Origin: Nitrospinaceae bacterium
GTDB lineage: Bacteria; Nitrospinota; Nitrospinia; Nitrospinales; VA-1
Length of the DNA stretch: 17,420 bases
Assembly: GCA_046754465.1 (NCBI GenBank)
Contig: JBHHVU010000064.1
Span: 1-17,420 of the forward strand
Direction: 5' to 3'
Below are positions 1 to 7,920 of the stretch, one piece after another; position 1 is the first letter of the stretch; each line of letters starts with the position of its first letter. The translations under genes were made by a program, and so were the position numbers. The notes under the pieces are model-generated. The model saw nothing but the letters and a program-made list of their open reading frames with translations. It had not been told where the DNA came from and did no database searches.

Positions 1-222
1 GGATGCGGAAAATTTTCTTTCCCTGGACCGGTAAAGGGGTATTTCCAAGCGGAGGTGTTTATGTTAATCTATGAAAAACAATGCCTTACCACCACCCTTG
101 GGTCCGGGCATAAATCTTACCCCTTGATAATTCGGGGTTACCGTGAAAATTCCAACCAACGGGGGAGGAAGGATCCCCGGTAGTTTTTGAAAATTTTTAT
201 ATTTAGCTGAGGGCGAAGAACC

Positions 223-714
223 ATGTTCAGTAGACTCCAAGCCATCATACCCCTGGCACAAGATGGGGATCTGGTCGACCGTTGGATCAAAAAGATTTTT
301 CCCTGGAAAAATGCGCCGTCAACCGAATTCGCCAGACCCGAAGACCGGAGGGAATTTTTCCGGCTCAACCTGGAGACTTTGCCCCCCCTCGACGCCACGT
401 TGATTTTGAACAACGGAACACTGGTCAACATGTTCGTCCAGGATTTGAGCGCAAGCGGGCTGTGTTGCCGGATTGCGGATCCTGTTTCCATGGTGGAAGG
501 CCAGTCCTTGACGGTGTTGTTCATTCTTCCCCTGGAAACCCCCGTGGTCATGAAAACGGAGTCCCTCCTCGTCGCCATGGGGGTATTGAGGCCGTCCACC
601 GCTTTCCTTCTCCGCATCAAATTTTCCGACCATATGGATGAAAGCAACCGGGAACTGATCCACCGTTTCATCATCCAAAAGCAGTTTGAGATCATCCAGG
701 ACCGAATCAGGTAG
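223..714 (+). CDS. PilZ-domain (c-di-GMP receptor) protein
   Basis: 163-aa ORF containing both PilZ motifs: RxxxR (DRREFFR) and DxSxxG (QDLSASGL), followed by beta-strand segments and a typical terminal helix (NRELIHRFIIQKQ). Start codon not certain. Confidence 0.8.
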   Translation: MFSRLQAIIPLAQDGDLVDRWIKKIFPWKNAPSTEFARPEDRREFFRLNLETLPPLDATLILNNGTLVNMFVQDLSASGLCCRIADPVSMVEGQSLTVLFILPLETPVVMKTESLLVAMGVLRPSTAFLLRIKFSDHMDESNRELIHRFIIQKQFEIIQDRIR

Positions 715-746
715 GGAGGTCTTGGTAAAACATCCCTGGGCGGGAA

Positions 747-1706
747 TTAAACGGCAAACAGTGCATCGATGAAGGCCTGTGGATCGAATTCCTGCAAATC
801 CTCCGCTTTTTCACCGATTCCTATATATGCGACGGGCAGTTTCAACTCGCGGGTGATGTTGAGAAGAACCCCGCCCTTGCTGGTACCGTCGAGTTTGGTC
901 ATGACCAGTCCATCGATTTCCAGGGCGTCGTGAAATAATTTTGCCTGGGAGACGCTGTTCTGACCAAGCGTCGCGTCCAGAATGAGGAGGGTTTCATGAG
1001 GCGCCCCGGGCAAAACCTTACCGATCACCCGTTTGATCTTTTTCAGTTCTTCCATCAGATTGGTGTTGGTCTGCAACCGCCCGGCGGTATCGATCAGAAC
1101 CACATCCATCTTTCGGGCCACCGCCGCCTGGACGGCATCGTAGGCCACCGCGGAAGGATCGGCCCCGCTTTTTTGGTGGATGCAGGGCACCCCCACCCTC
1201 TCCGCCCAAACCAGCATCTGGTCGATGGCGGCGGCACGAAAGGTATCACCCGCCCCGAGAAGAACCTTTTTCCCCTCATCCTTCCATTTTTTCGTCAGTT
1301 TGCCGATGGTGGTGGTCTTTCCCGATCCGTTGACCCCGATCACCAGCACCACATGGGGTGTTTCCCTTAAGGGGGACCGGGAAACAAAGTTTTCTTCCAG
1401 TATCCGCACCATCAGGGCCTTCAAATACCCTTCCACCTCTTCTTTTTCACGGAGCCGCGACCGCGCGACCTCTTGTTTCAATTCATCGAGGATAAACTGT
1501 GCCGTGGATATTCCCACATCGGCGGTGATCAGGACTTCCTCCAACTTATCGAAGAGTTCGGGCCCCAATTTGGCCTTGCCGTGAATGATCTGGCCGATCC
1601 CTCCCGCGAGCGAACCGCGGGTCTTAGCGAGGCCCAATTTGAGACGGGAAAAAAAACCCGGTTTTTTCTCCTTTTCGGCGGTCTCCTGGTTTTCAGAATC
1701 GCTCAT
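747..1706 (-). CDS. ftsY: Signal recognition particle receptor FtsY (short N-terminus, NG domain)
   Basis: [14 protein letters not shown] membrane-targeting helix, [25 protein letters not shown] (G1), [41 protein letters not shown] at 1706 with GGGGAG upstream is preferred over the TTG at 1724. Confidence 0.97.
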   Translation of the reverse strand: MSDSENQETAEKEKKPGFFSRLKLGLAKTRGSLAGGIGQIIHGKAKLGPELFDKLEEVLITADVGISTAQFILDELKQEVARSRLREKEEVEGYLKALMVRILEENFVSRSPLRETPHVVLVIGVNGSGKTTTIGKLTKKWKDEGKKVLLGAGDTFRAAAIDQMLVWAERVGVPCIHQKSGADPSAVAYDAVQAAVARKMDVVLIDTAGRLQTNTNLMEELKKIKRVIGKVLPGAPHETLLILDATLGQNSVSQAKLFHDALEIDGLVMTKLDGTSKGGVLLNITRELKLPVAYIGIGEKAEDLQEFDPQAFIDALFAV

Positions 1707-1797
1707 CGAAATATCACTCCCCAATGCGTGGCCCTGGCGGACATTTTTCCCCGTACTCCCAGGAACCCCTCACCAAAGGCTTTAAAATGAATCAAGT

Positions 1798-1826
1798 ATC
1801 TTCACAAGTCGGCGCCAGGTTGTCAA
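1798..1826 (-). promoter_or_regulatory. Putative sigma-70 promoter for ftsY
   Basis: Minus strand has a perfect TTGACA (1826-1821), a 17-nt spacer containing an extended -10 TG, then GAAGAT (1803-1798), which is a weak -10. Confidence 0.35.
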
Positions 1827-2102
1827 GTTGAATCCCGGAACGGGGGGTCCCCACCCCATCCCTCCCGTTAAAGTTTCCATGGATTTGAACCGTTACAGGA
1901 TTAGACTCGTTTTTCCATTGGACGCGGCGGCGGCACCATGAATCGTGGGGACCCGCACGGTTCCATGCGAGTCCATTGGCCAAAAAGTTAACCGGACTTC
2001 GATCTCTGGATCAGGCTTAACAATAAATCCGGGATCGTGGGGTCCGTAACGGCAAAAATTCAAAACCATCAAATTCGTGACAACCCCTGATCGAGGACAT
2101 CG

Positions 2103-3890
2103 ATGAAAGTCGCTGTATGTAATTCAGTCGGCATCGACGCCGGTGGCTACGCAATGATCCACTCGCCCAGCCGGTGGACCAACAGCACCAAGGACCTGAA
2201 TATTTTCACCTATTATCCCTGGCAGCTGGCCTATTGTTCCTCCATCCTGAAACGGGATACGGACCATGAGGTGCGGTTCTTCGACGGCTGCCTCGACAAA
2301 CTGGACCATCAGGCGTTTGTGGATAAAATATCCGCGTTCGAGCCGGATTACCTGATCATGGACTGCGCCACACGCACCATCGAGGCTGACAGCCGGTTCG
2401 CCCGCGAGGTGAAACGGCGATTCGGAACGAAGCTGATCTTTTGCGGACCACATCCCACCACGTTTCCGGAAGAGGTGAGCGAATACGCCGATTACGTGAT
2501 CCTGCGCGAGTACGAATTGCCGGTGCGCGATATTCTCCAGGGCAAGGATCCCGACCGCATCCCCGGATTGTACCCCAACACCCGGCTCCGACCACCTCTG
2601 GACGTGAACAACCTCCCCTTCCCGGAGGATGACGACGTTTCAAGGTTGGACTACGGCATCCCGGGCGAACCGTCCAGCGAATACCTGGAGATCCAGGCCT
2701 ACGCCTCGCGGGGGTGTCCGCTGTCCTGCTCATTTTGCGTCTGTGGAAATATCTCCTACGCGAGGCCCAACTGGCGGCCCAGAAACCCCGAAAATGTGGT
2801 CCGTGAATTACAGACCCTACGGGCGAAATATCCCCAGTTGGAGGGCATCTTTTTCGATGAGGAAGTCCACAATGGGAGCAAGAAGTATATCCTGGAACTG
2901 ACCCGGGCGTTTCGTGAAAACGGCCTGGCCGATCTGAAATACGACGTCATGTGCGGGCAGTGGCCCATGGACGAGGAGGTCCTCGACGCGATGAAAAGCG
3001 CGGGCTATTACATGGTCCGCCTGGGAATCGAGACCGCGGGGGAACCCGCCGCCCGGGGCATGGAACTGATGAAAAAGTTCAACATTCCCAAGCTCAAGCG
3101 ATTGATGGAACACGGCACCCGCATCGGCCTCAAATTTTACGGCACCTTCACCTTCGGCGGGGAAGGGTCCACCGACTCATGCGACAAGAAAACCATCGCC
3201 CTCATTCAGGAATTGATCGACCGCGATTTGCTGTGGCGGTTCCAGCTTTCTATCAGCACCCCGCAACCGGGAACCCCGTTCTTCAACCGGATGCAGGCCC
3301 AGGGTTTCCTCGGGGAAAGAGATTGGAAACGTTTTGACGGGGGCAACCACTGTGTGGTGAACCGGCCCGAATACCCCGCCGAACAGGTCATGGCAAACTT
3401 TCGCGAAGCGGAGAAGCTGTACGAGATGGCGTTCAACAAACGCTACTCGCAGACCGCCAAGGATAACTTCAAGTCGATCCGAATCGATTCGGGGGATGAC
3501 ATCCTGGTATTCCGCAGCACGCGGATGAAACAGTTGAATGATGTGGTGGGCTCAATACGCGGCCAATTCAGGGAAAATAAAATTTCCGCCCTGGCCCAGC
3601 CCACCGTCGAAAAAGACCTGAAGCAAAACCCGAATATCGGTGAAGTGATGATTTATGACAACGGCCATTTCAACAGTAAAACTTTTCCCCGGGACCTGCT
3701 CGAAAAACTACGCAGCCGGTCGTTCGCCATGGGTGTCATCCCGTACAACAACATTTCCGGAAACGGTTATTCCGAGGTGAAGGCGATAGCGAACCGCATT
3801 GGAATCAAGAAACTCGTGGCCGTGAATATCGAAGGAAAAGTCTTTGATCTGGATAACCCCGGTGATCATGGAAGATCACACTTGCGCTAA
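2103..3890 (+). CDS. B12-binding radical SAM protein (HpnJ/BchE-like) with C-terminal GT9-N-like domain, paralog 1
   Basis: N-terminal cobalamin-binding-type region (SRWT...YYPWQLAY...GPHPTTFPEE), SRGCPLSCSFC (CxxxCxxC, 2715-2738), FFDEE, LGIETA, TPQPGTPFF. Extra domain from ILVFRS (3501) to the end. GAGG SD upstream of ATG 2103. Confidence 0.9.
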   Translation: MKVAVCNSVGIDAGGYAMIHSPSRWTNSTKDLNIFTYYPWQLAYCSSILKRDTDHEVRFFDGCLDKLDHQAFVDKISAFEPDYLIMDCATRTIEADSRFAREVKRRFGTKLIFCGPHPTTFPEEVSEYADYVILREYELPVRDILQGKDPDRIPGLYPNTRLRPPLDVNNLPFPEDDDVSRLDYGIPGEPSSEYLEIQAYASRGCPLSCSFCVCGNISYARPNWRPRNPENVVRELQTLRAKYPQLEGIFFDEEVHNGSKKYILELTRAFRENGLADLKYDVMCGQWPMDEEVLDAMKSAGYYMVRLGIETAGEPAARGMELMKKFNIPKLKRLMEHGTRIGLKFYGTFTFGGEGSTDSCDKKTIALIQELIDRDLLWRFQLSISTPQPGTPFFNRMQAQGFLGERDWKRFDGGNHCVVNRPEYPAEQVMANFREAEKLYEMAFNKRYSQTAKDNFKSIRIDSGDDILVFRSTRMKQLNDVVGSIRGQFRENKISALAQPTVEKDLKQNPNIGEVMIYDNGHFNSKTFPRDLLEKLRSRSFAMGVIPYNNISGNGYSEVKAIANRIGIKKLVAVNIEGKVFDLDNPGDHGRSHLR

Positions 3891-3922
3891 TCGATAGCCG
3901 GCGGATCCCGGTTCCACCGGCA

Positions 3923-3961
3923 GGGATATCTCCGTAACGGGTTCGTTGGCGGAGATATCCC
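3923..3961. other. Strong intercistronic stem-loop
   Basis: GGGATATCTCCG / CGGAGATATCCC is a perfect 12-bp inverted repeat, extendable to about 17 bp around a GGTT loop. A second hairpin, GCCGG-C-GGA...TCC-A-CCGGC (3897-3921), lies just before it. No clean U-tract. Confidence 0.6.
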
Positions 3962-3984
3962 AGTCCTCTTTCCCTGGGAGTCTC

Positions 3985-4608
3985 ATGGTATCAGAAAGAA
4001 AAAAGGTGAAAATTCTCGTCATTCGTTCCGCCACCCGCATCCTGAATCAGACTCTCCTGGCCCTGAAACGGGAATTTCCCGATTCCTCCCTGACGGTCCT
4101 CGCGCCGGAAGGCATGGAAGAGGCCGTTTCCCGGGACCCTCTGGTGGATGAGGTGATCCCGGTGGGGAAAGTTCGCCGGATGAGCATTTTCAGCGCCGGG
4201 CCGAAAACACTGAACCATCTGCGTTCCCGGAATTTCGATCTGGCCGTCTCCCTGTACAACGTCGACCATGGGTTGGGGTATTCCAACATCGACCTTCTGG
4301 CCTGGGCCACCCACGCTGGAAAAATCCGCGGATACAACCCGCGGGGGACCTGGGTGGAATTGACGGGCGGGAAGGTTCTTAAGAAAAGCTTTCTGGAAAA
4401 AACCACCCTGGTCTGGGCGGGATTCAACCTGGCCGCCACGGGCGTTCTGTTTTTCCTCATCACGCTCGGTCTTTTGGGAGAATGGGGGATTCGCAAGCTG
4501 TTTTCCCCGCGGGAGGCGCTCCTCTCCAACCCCGCCGCCCCCGCGGTGGAAAAAATTGGGCAAGCCCCTCCCTCCCGTGAACCCTCCAAGGTGATGACTC
4601 AAGTTTGA
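3985..4608 (+). CDS. Stand-alone GT9 N-terminal-like domain protein with C-terminal transmembrane anchor
   Basis: ATG 3985 follows GGGAG (3976-3980); 207 aa. KILVIRS...LKREFPDSSLTVLA...DPLVDEVIPV...LRSRNFDLAVSL matches the N-terminal Rossmann half of heptosyltransferase (GT9) proteins. Hydrophobic segment LVWAGFNLAATGVLFFLITLGLLG. Its stop TGA overlaps the GAGG SD of the next gene. Confidence 0.75.
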   Translation: MVSERKKVKILVIRSATRILNQTLLALKREFPDSSLTVLAPEGMEEAVSRDPLVDEVIPVGKVRRMSIFSAGPKTLNHLRSRNFDLAVSLYNVDHGLGYSNIDLLAWATHAGKIRGYNPRGTWVELTGGKVLKKSFLEKTTLVWAGFNLAATGVLFFLITLGLLGEWGIRKLFSPREALLSNPAAPAVEKIGQAPPSREPSKVMTQV

Positions 4609-4616
4609 GGTCTATA

Positions 4617-6365
4617 ATGAAGGTCGTCCTCGCCAACTCCGTGGGGATCGATTCCGCGGGATACCATATGGTCCACGTACCCTCGCGTTGGACCCTGGGT
4701 GTCAAGAATTTCACCAATTGCGGATATTATCCCTGGGAACTCGCCTATACCTCTTCTCTTTTGAAGCGGGAAACCCCCCACCAGATAAAATTGCTGGACG
4801 GCGTGCTTGAAGGATGGGACCACGCGGCTTACCTTTCCCAGCTGCGGGAGGAACAACCCGACTGGCTGATCATGGAAAGCTCCTCGCGGACCATCGAGGA
4901 GGACCTGCGCCTGGCCGCCGCGGTGAAAAAGGAGATGGGCACGCGGTTGATCTTCACCGGACAACACCCCATGGCCTCCCCGGAAGAAGTGCTGCGAGTG
5001 GCCGATTTCGTCTGCATCGGCGAATACGAATATACCGTTCTCGACCTCATCCTGGGGAAAAGTCCCAAACAGATCCCGGGCGTGTATCCCAACCCCAGGA
5101 GGGAGCTGCTGGACGTGAACGCCCTTCCCGAACCGGAGGATGATGACATCCGGCGCATCGATTACCATGAACCCAATTGCCGGTACCGGCAAATCCAAAT
5201 GTACGCTTCCCGCGGATGCCCCAGGCGTTGTAACTTCTGCGCGGCGGCCACCCTGTATTATGACGAACTGAACTGGCGGCCCCGGCGGGTCGAGGATGTC
5301 GTCCGGGAGATCCACGCCCTCAAGGAAAAATATCCCGGGATGGAAGGGGTCTTTTTCGACGAGGAGGTTCACAACATCCGGAAAAGTTTCAATATCGCCT
5401 TGGCCCGGGCCATCCGCTCGGCGGGATTAGACCACCTGAAATACGAAGCCCTCTGCGAATACGTCTCACTGGATGAAAAAGCCCTGGAGGAAATGCGGGA
5501 GGCGGGTTATTACAAGATCCGTTTCGGCATCGAAACCGGCAGCGAGATCGTGGCGGAAAAGATGACGCTGGGCAAGAAACACGACCTGAAAAAACTGAGA
5601 TCCATTCTGAAATTCGGGAAAAAGATCGGCATGATGTTCTATGCCACCTTCAGCATAGGCGGGCTGGGCTCCACCGCCAGGGAAGACCAAAAGACCGTCG
5701 GCCTCATCCGGGAACTGACCGGCCAGGGTCTCCTGGATGAAATTCAGGTCTCCATCAACACGCCGCAGCCGGGAACGGATTTCTACCAAAGCTGCGTGGA
5801 AAAATCGATTTTGCGGGGGGACACGGCCTGGCGAGACTTCGACGGCAACGGCCACGTGGTGGTGGACTACCCCCATTATCCGGCGGAAGAAATCCGGTCC
5901 CTGTTCGACCAGGCGCTCGAAGCCTTCGACCGGGGAAAAACCGCCGCCCAATCCCGGCGGTTTCTGGACACCGCCAGGGAAACGTTCGCCCCTATCCCCG
6001 CCGATTCCCGCGTGCTCGTGTTGCGGAGCGTCCGCTGGTGGATGATCCGCCTCATCCTCCAGGCCCTGCCCCCCCGGGGAAACACCCGGGTCGACCTTTT
6101 GGCGCAGGATCTCGCGGAACAGGAACTTGCAAGCGAAGCCCATGTCGGGGAAATATATACCTACGGCACCGGTTTCTTCCGGGCCGATGCGCTGGCCGGG
6201 GGCCTCGTCAACCGGCTGCGGGCGCGCAATTACGACTACGTCATCCTGCCCATGGCCAACAACCACCTCCCCGGCTACCAGAACGTTCTGGAAGTCGCCC
6301 GGCTGATCCAGCCCAAACATCTTCTCGGCGTCTTTCCCGAGGGAAACACACTTGCACTGAGCTGA
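4617..6365 (+). CDS. B12-binding radical SAM protein (HpnJ/BchE-like) with C-terminal GT9-N-like domain, paralog 2
   Basis: ATG 4617 follows GAGG (4607-4610). N-terminus MKVVLANSVGIDSAGYHMVHVPSRWT aligns with paralog 1. SRGCPRRCNFC (5217-5240), FFDEEVHN, FGIETGS, TPQPGTDF. Extra domain from VLVLRS (6012) to the end. Confidence 0.9.
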   Translation: MKVVLANSVGIDSAGYHMVHVPSRWTLGVKNFTNCGYYPWELAYTSSLLKRETPHQIKLLDGVLEGWDHAAYLSQLREEQPDWLIMESSSRTIEEDLRLAAAVKKEMGTRLIFTGQHPMASPEEVLRVADFVCIGEYEYTVLDLILGKSPKQIPGVYPNPRRELLDVNALPEPEDDDIRRIDYHEPNCRYRQIQMYASRGCPRRCNFCAAATLYYDELNWRPRRVEDVVREIHALKEKYPGMEGVFFDEEVHNIRKSFNIALARAIRSAGLDHLKYEALCEYVSLDEKALEEMREAGYYKIRFGIETGSEIVAEKMTLGKKHDLKKLRSILKFGKKIGMMFYATFSIGGLGSTAREDQKTVGLIRELTGQGLLDEIQVSINTPQPGTDFYQSCVEKSILRGDTAWRDFDGNGHVVVDYPHYPAEEIRSLFDQALEAFDRGKTAAQSRRFLDTARETFAPIPADSRVLVLRSVRWWMIRLILQALPPRGNTRVDLLAQDLAEQELASEAHVGEIYTYGTGFFRADALAGGLVNRLRARNYDYVILPMANNHLPGYQNVLEVARLIQPKHLLGVFPEGNTLALS

Positions 6366-6371
6366 TTGGGA

Positions 6372-6402
6372 AGGGTTCCCGGTAAATCCCCGGCGGAACC
6401 CT
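6372..6402. terminator. Hairpin between convergent genes (possible terminator)
   Basis: AGGGTTCC (6372-6379) / GGAACCCT (6395-6402) is a perfect 8-bp inverted repeat just after the radical SAM stop and before the convergent FG-GAP gene stop. No clear U-tract. Confidence 0.4.
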
Positions 6403-6455
6403 GACGAAAGAATTCCCCGCCCAGGGGTCCAGAGACCGGTGTTTTGCGAGGAAGG

Positions 6456-7625
6456 TCAGGTTCTCTTGTGTGGCGGTTCGGGGTTGGGTTTGGGATTGAC
6501 CATGTTTCTCTTGAGCAGAATATCGATGAGGCCCTTGTCCCGAGTGGAAACGGCGAGATCGATCAATCCGTCCCCGTTGAAATCCCCTGTGACAATACCT
6601 TGGGGGTATTCATCCACGGCGTGGTAGATGGGTGGATACGTGAACGTCCCATCCCCTTTTCCCAGGGAAACCGAAATAAAATCATCCGTGGAGTTGGAAA
6701 CCGCGATATCGGGAATGCCGTCCCCGGTAAAATCCTCCGCGGCGACGAATTTGGGGAAATTCCCGGAAGCGAAATCCCTGAGCGTGGTGAAGGTTTTATC
6801 ACCGTTGTTCACGATGGTGGTCATGGCGTGGAGCACGTTGCTGGAAGTCACGAGGTCCAGGTATCCATCTCCGTTGACATCGAGATTGGCGATGGTGAGG
6901 GGCTGCCCGCCCCCCTTGAACCGCTTGGAGGGTTCGAAAGTTCCATCCCCTTTGCCCCACAGGATCTGAATCCCGGTATTTCCCGAGCCCGCCAGGGCCA
7001 CCGCCACATCCCGGTGGCCGTCCTGGTTGTAATCGCCTATGACCAGGGCGGTGGGCTGTCCCTTGACGGGGATGGGAACGGAGTCTTCAAACTTGCCATT
7101 GCCTTTTCCCATCATCACCACGATTTTATGGTAACGCAGGGTGACCGCCAGGTCCGCCGCCCCGTCTTCATTGAAATCCGCCGCCGTCAGATTGATGGGA
7201 ATTTTTCCCGGTTTCAAAAAAAAACCTGTATTTTTAAAACTGCCCATCTGAGTATTCAGGAAAATGCGGACATCCTGGTCCGCGTAATTGAGTTCCGCCA
7301 GGTCCGGGTACCCGTCTTTATTGAAATCCGCCGAGGTAATGCAAATGGGATCCTGGCCGGTATTGAAAAGGATCTGGTTTTTAAACGTACCGTTCCCTTC
7401 TCCCTTGAAATAGGAGAAGGTTTTATCTCCGCTGTTGGTCACGATCAAATCCAGTTTCCCGTCACGGTTGAAATCGTCGGTGATCAGGAAGGAAGGTTCG
7501 GCCCCGGTTTCAATGGAAAAGGAAAGGGTGAACAAGGGAGGCATTCTCCGGGTGACCTTGGTTTCCGGGCAGCCCGCCGCCAATAGGGTAAAAGCCAATA
7601 AAAAGAAATAAACAAATTGCTTCAT
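6456..7625 (-). CDS. FG-GAP/VCBS-repeat (integrin-like seven-bladed beta-propeller) lipoprotein
   Basis: Signal peptide ending in lipobox-like LAAG-C19. Seven Ca-binding repeats: DFNRDGKLDL, DFNKDGYPDL, DFNEDGAADL, DYNQDGHRDV, DVNGDGYLDL, DFTGDGIPDI, DFNGDGLIDL, mostly followed by GxGxGxF-type motifs. Confidence 0.9.
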   Translation of the reverse strand: MKQFVYFFLLAFTLLAAGCPETKVTRRMPPLFTLSFSIETGAEPSFLITDDFNRDGKLDLIVTNSGDKTFSYFKGEGNGTFKNQILFNTGQDPICITSADFNKDGYPDLAELNYADQDVRIFLNTQMGSFKNTGFFLKPGKIPINLTAADFNEDGAADLAVTLRYHKIVVMMGKGNGKFEDSVPIPVKGQPTALVIGDYNQDGHRDVAVALAGSGNTGIQILWGKGDGTFEPSKRFKGGGQPLTIANLDVNGDGYLDLVTSSNVLHAMTTIVNNGDKTFTTLRDFASGNFPKFVAAEDFTGDGIPDIAVSNSTDDFISVSLGKGDGTFTYPPIYHAVDEYPQGIVTGDFNGDGLIDLAVSTRDKGLIDILLKRNMVNPKPNPEPPHKRT

Positions 7626-7920
7626 ATAAATTTTCCGTGGGAACTCAGGATTTTCAATCTTAAGGGAAGACGGATCCTTGCTTCCAGTTCTAATTTTCCA
7701 GGGTAGGTGATCGGTATATCAAGGAGAATACCACAGGACCCCCAGGGGCAACAAAATTTTTAAATCGGGACAATAAACGCCGCATTGGGAAAACCGGTAT
7801 CCTCGCGTGCTTCCGGAACGGTTCCTGGAATATTTGAAAATTTACAGAGCGGGGATTATTCGGATGGAGCCTGGGTTAACCGTTCCGGGAAATTAACCGG
7901 GCTCTGGGTGGGACCCCCTT

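Noticed and set aside
1725..2102. SRP RNA (next to ftsY) or cobalamin/SAM riboswitch (before the B12 radical SAM genes)
   Set aside because: Neither the SRP domain IV core (CAGG..CGGAAGG.AGCAG) nor B12-box or SAM-I consensus elements were found on either strand by eye.
4599..6320. 257-aa and 284-aa minus-strand ORFs (4599-5372, 5466-6320)
   Set aside because: Antisense shadows of radical SAM paralog 2.
2103..6365. Assigning gene symbols bchE, hpnJ or hpnP to the radical SAM genes, or waaF/waaC to the middle gene
   Set aside because: No photosynthesis or other hpn genes nearby, extra C-terminal domains present, and the GT9-like protein lacks the catalytic motif and the donor-binding half.
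6444..7586. 380-aa + strand ORF
   Set aside because: Antisense shadow of the FG-GAP lipoprotein gene; no recognisable motifs.
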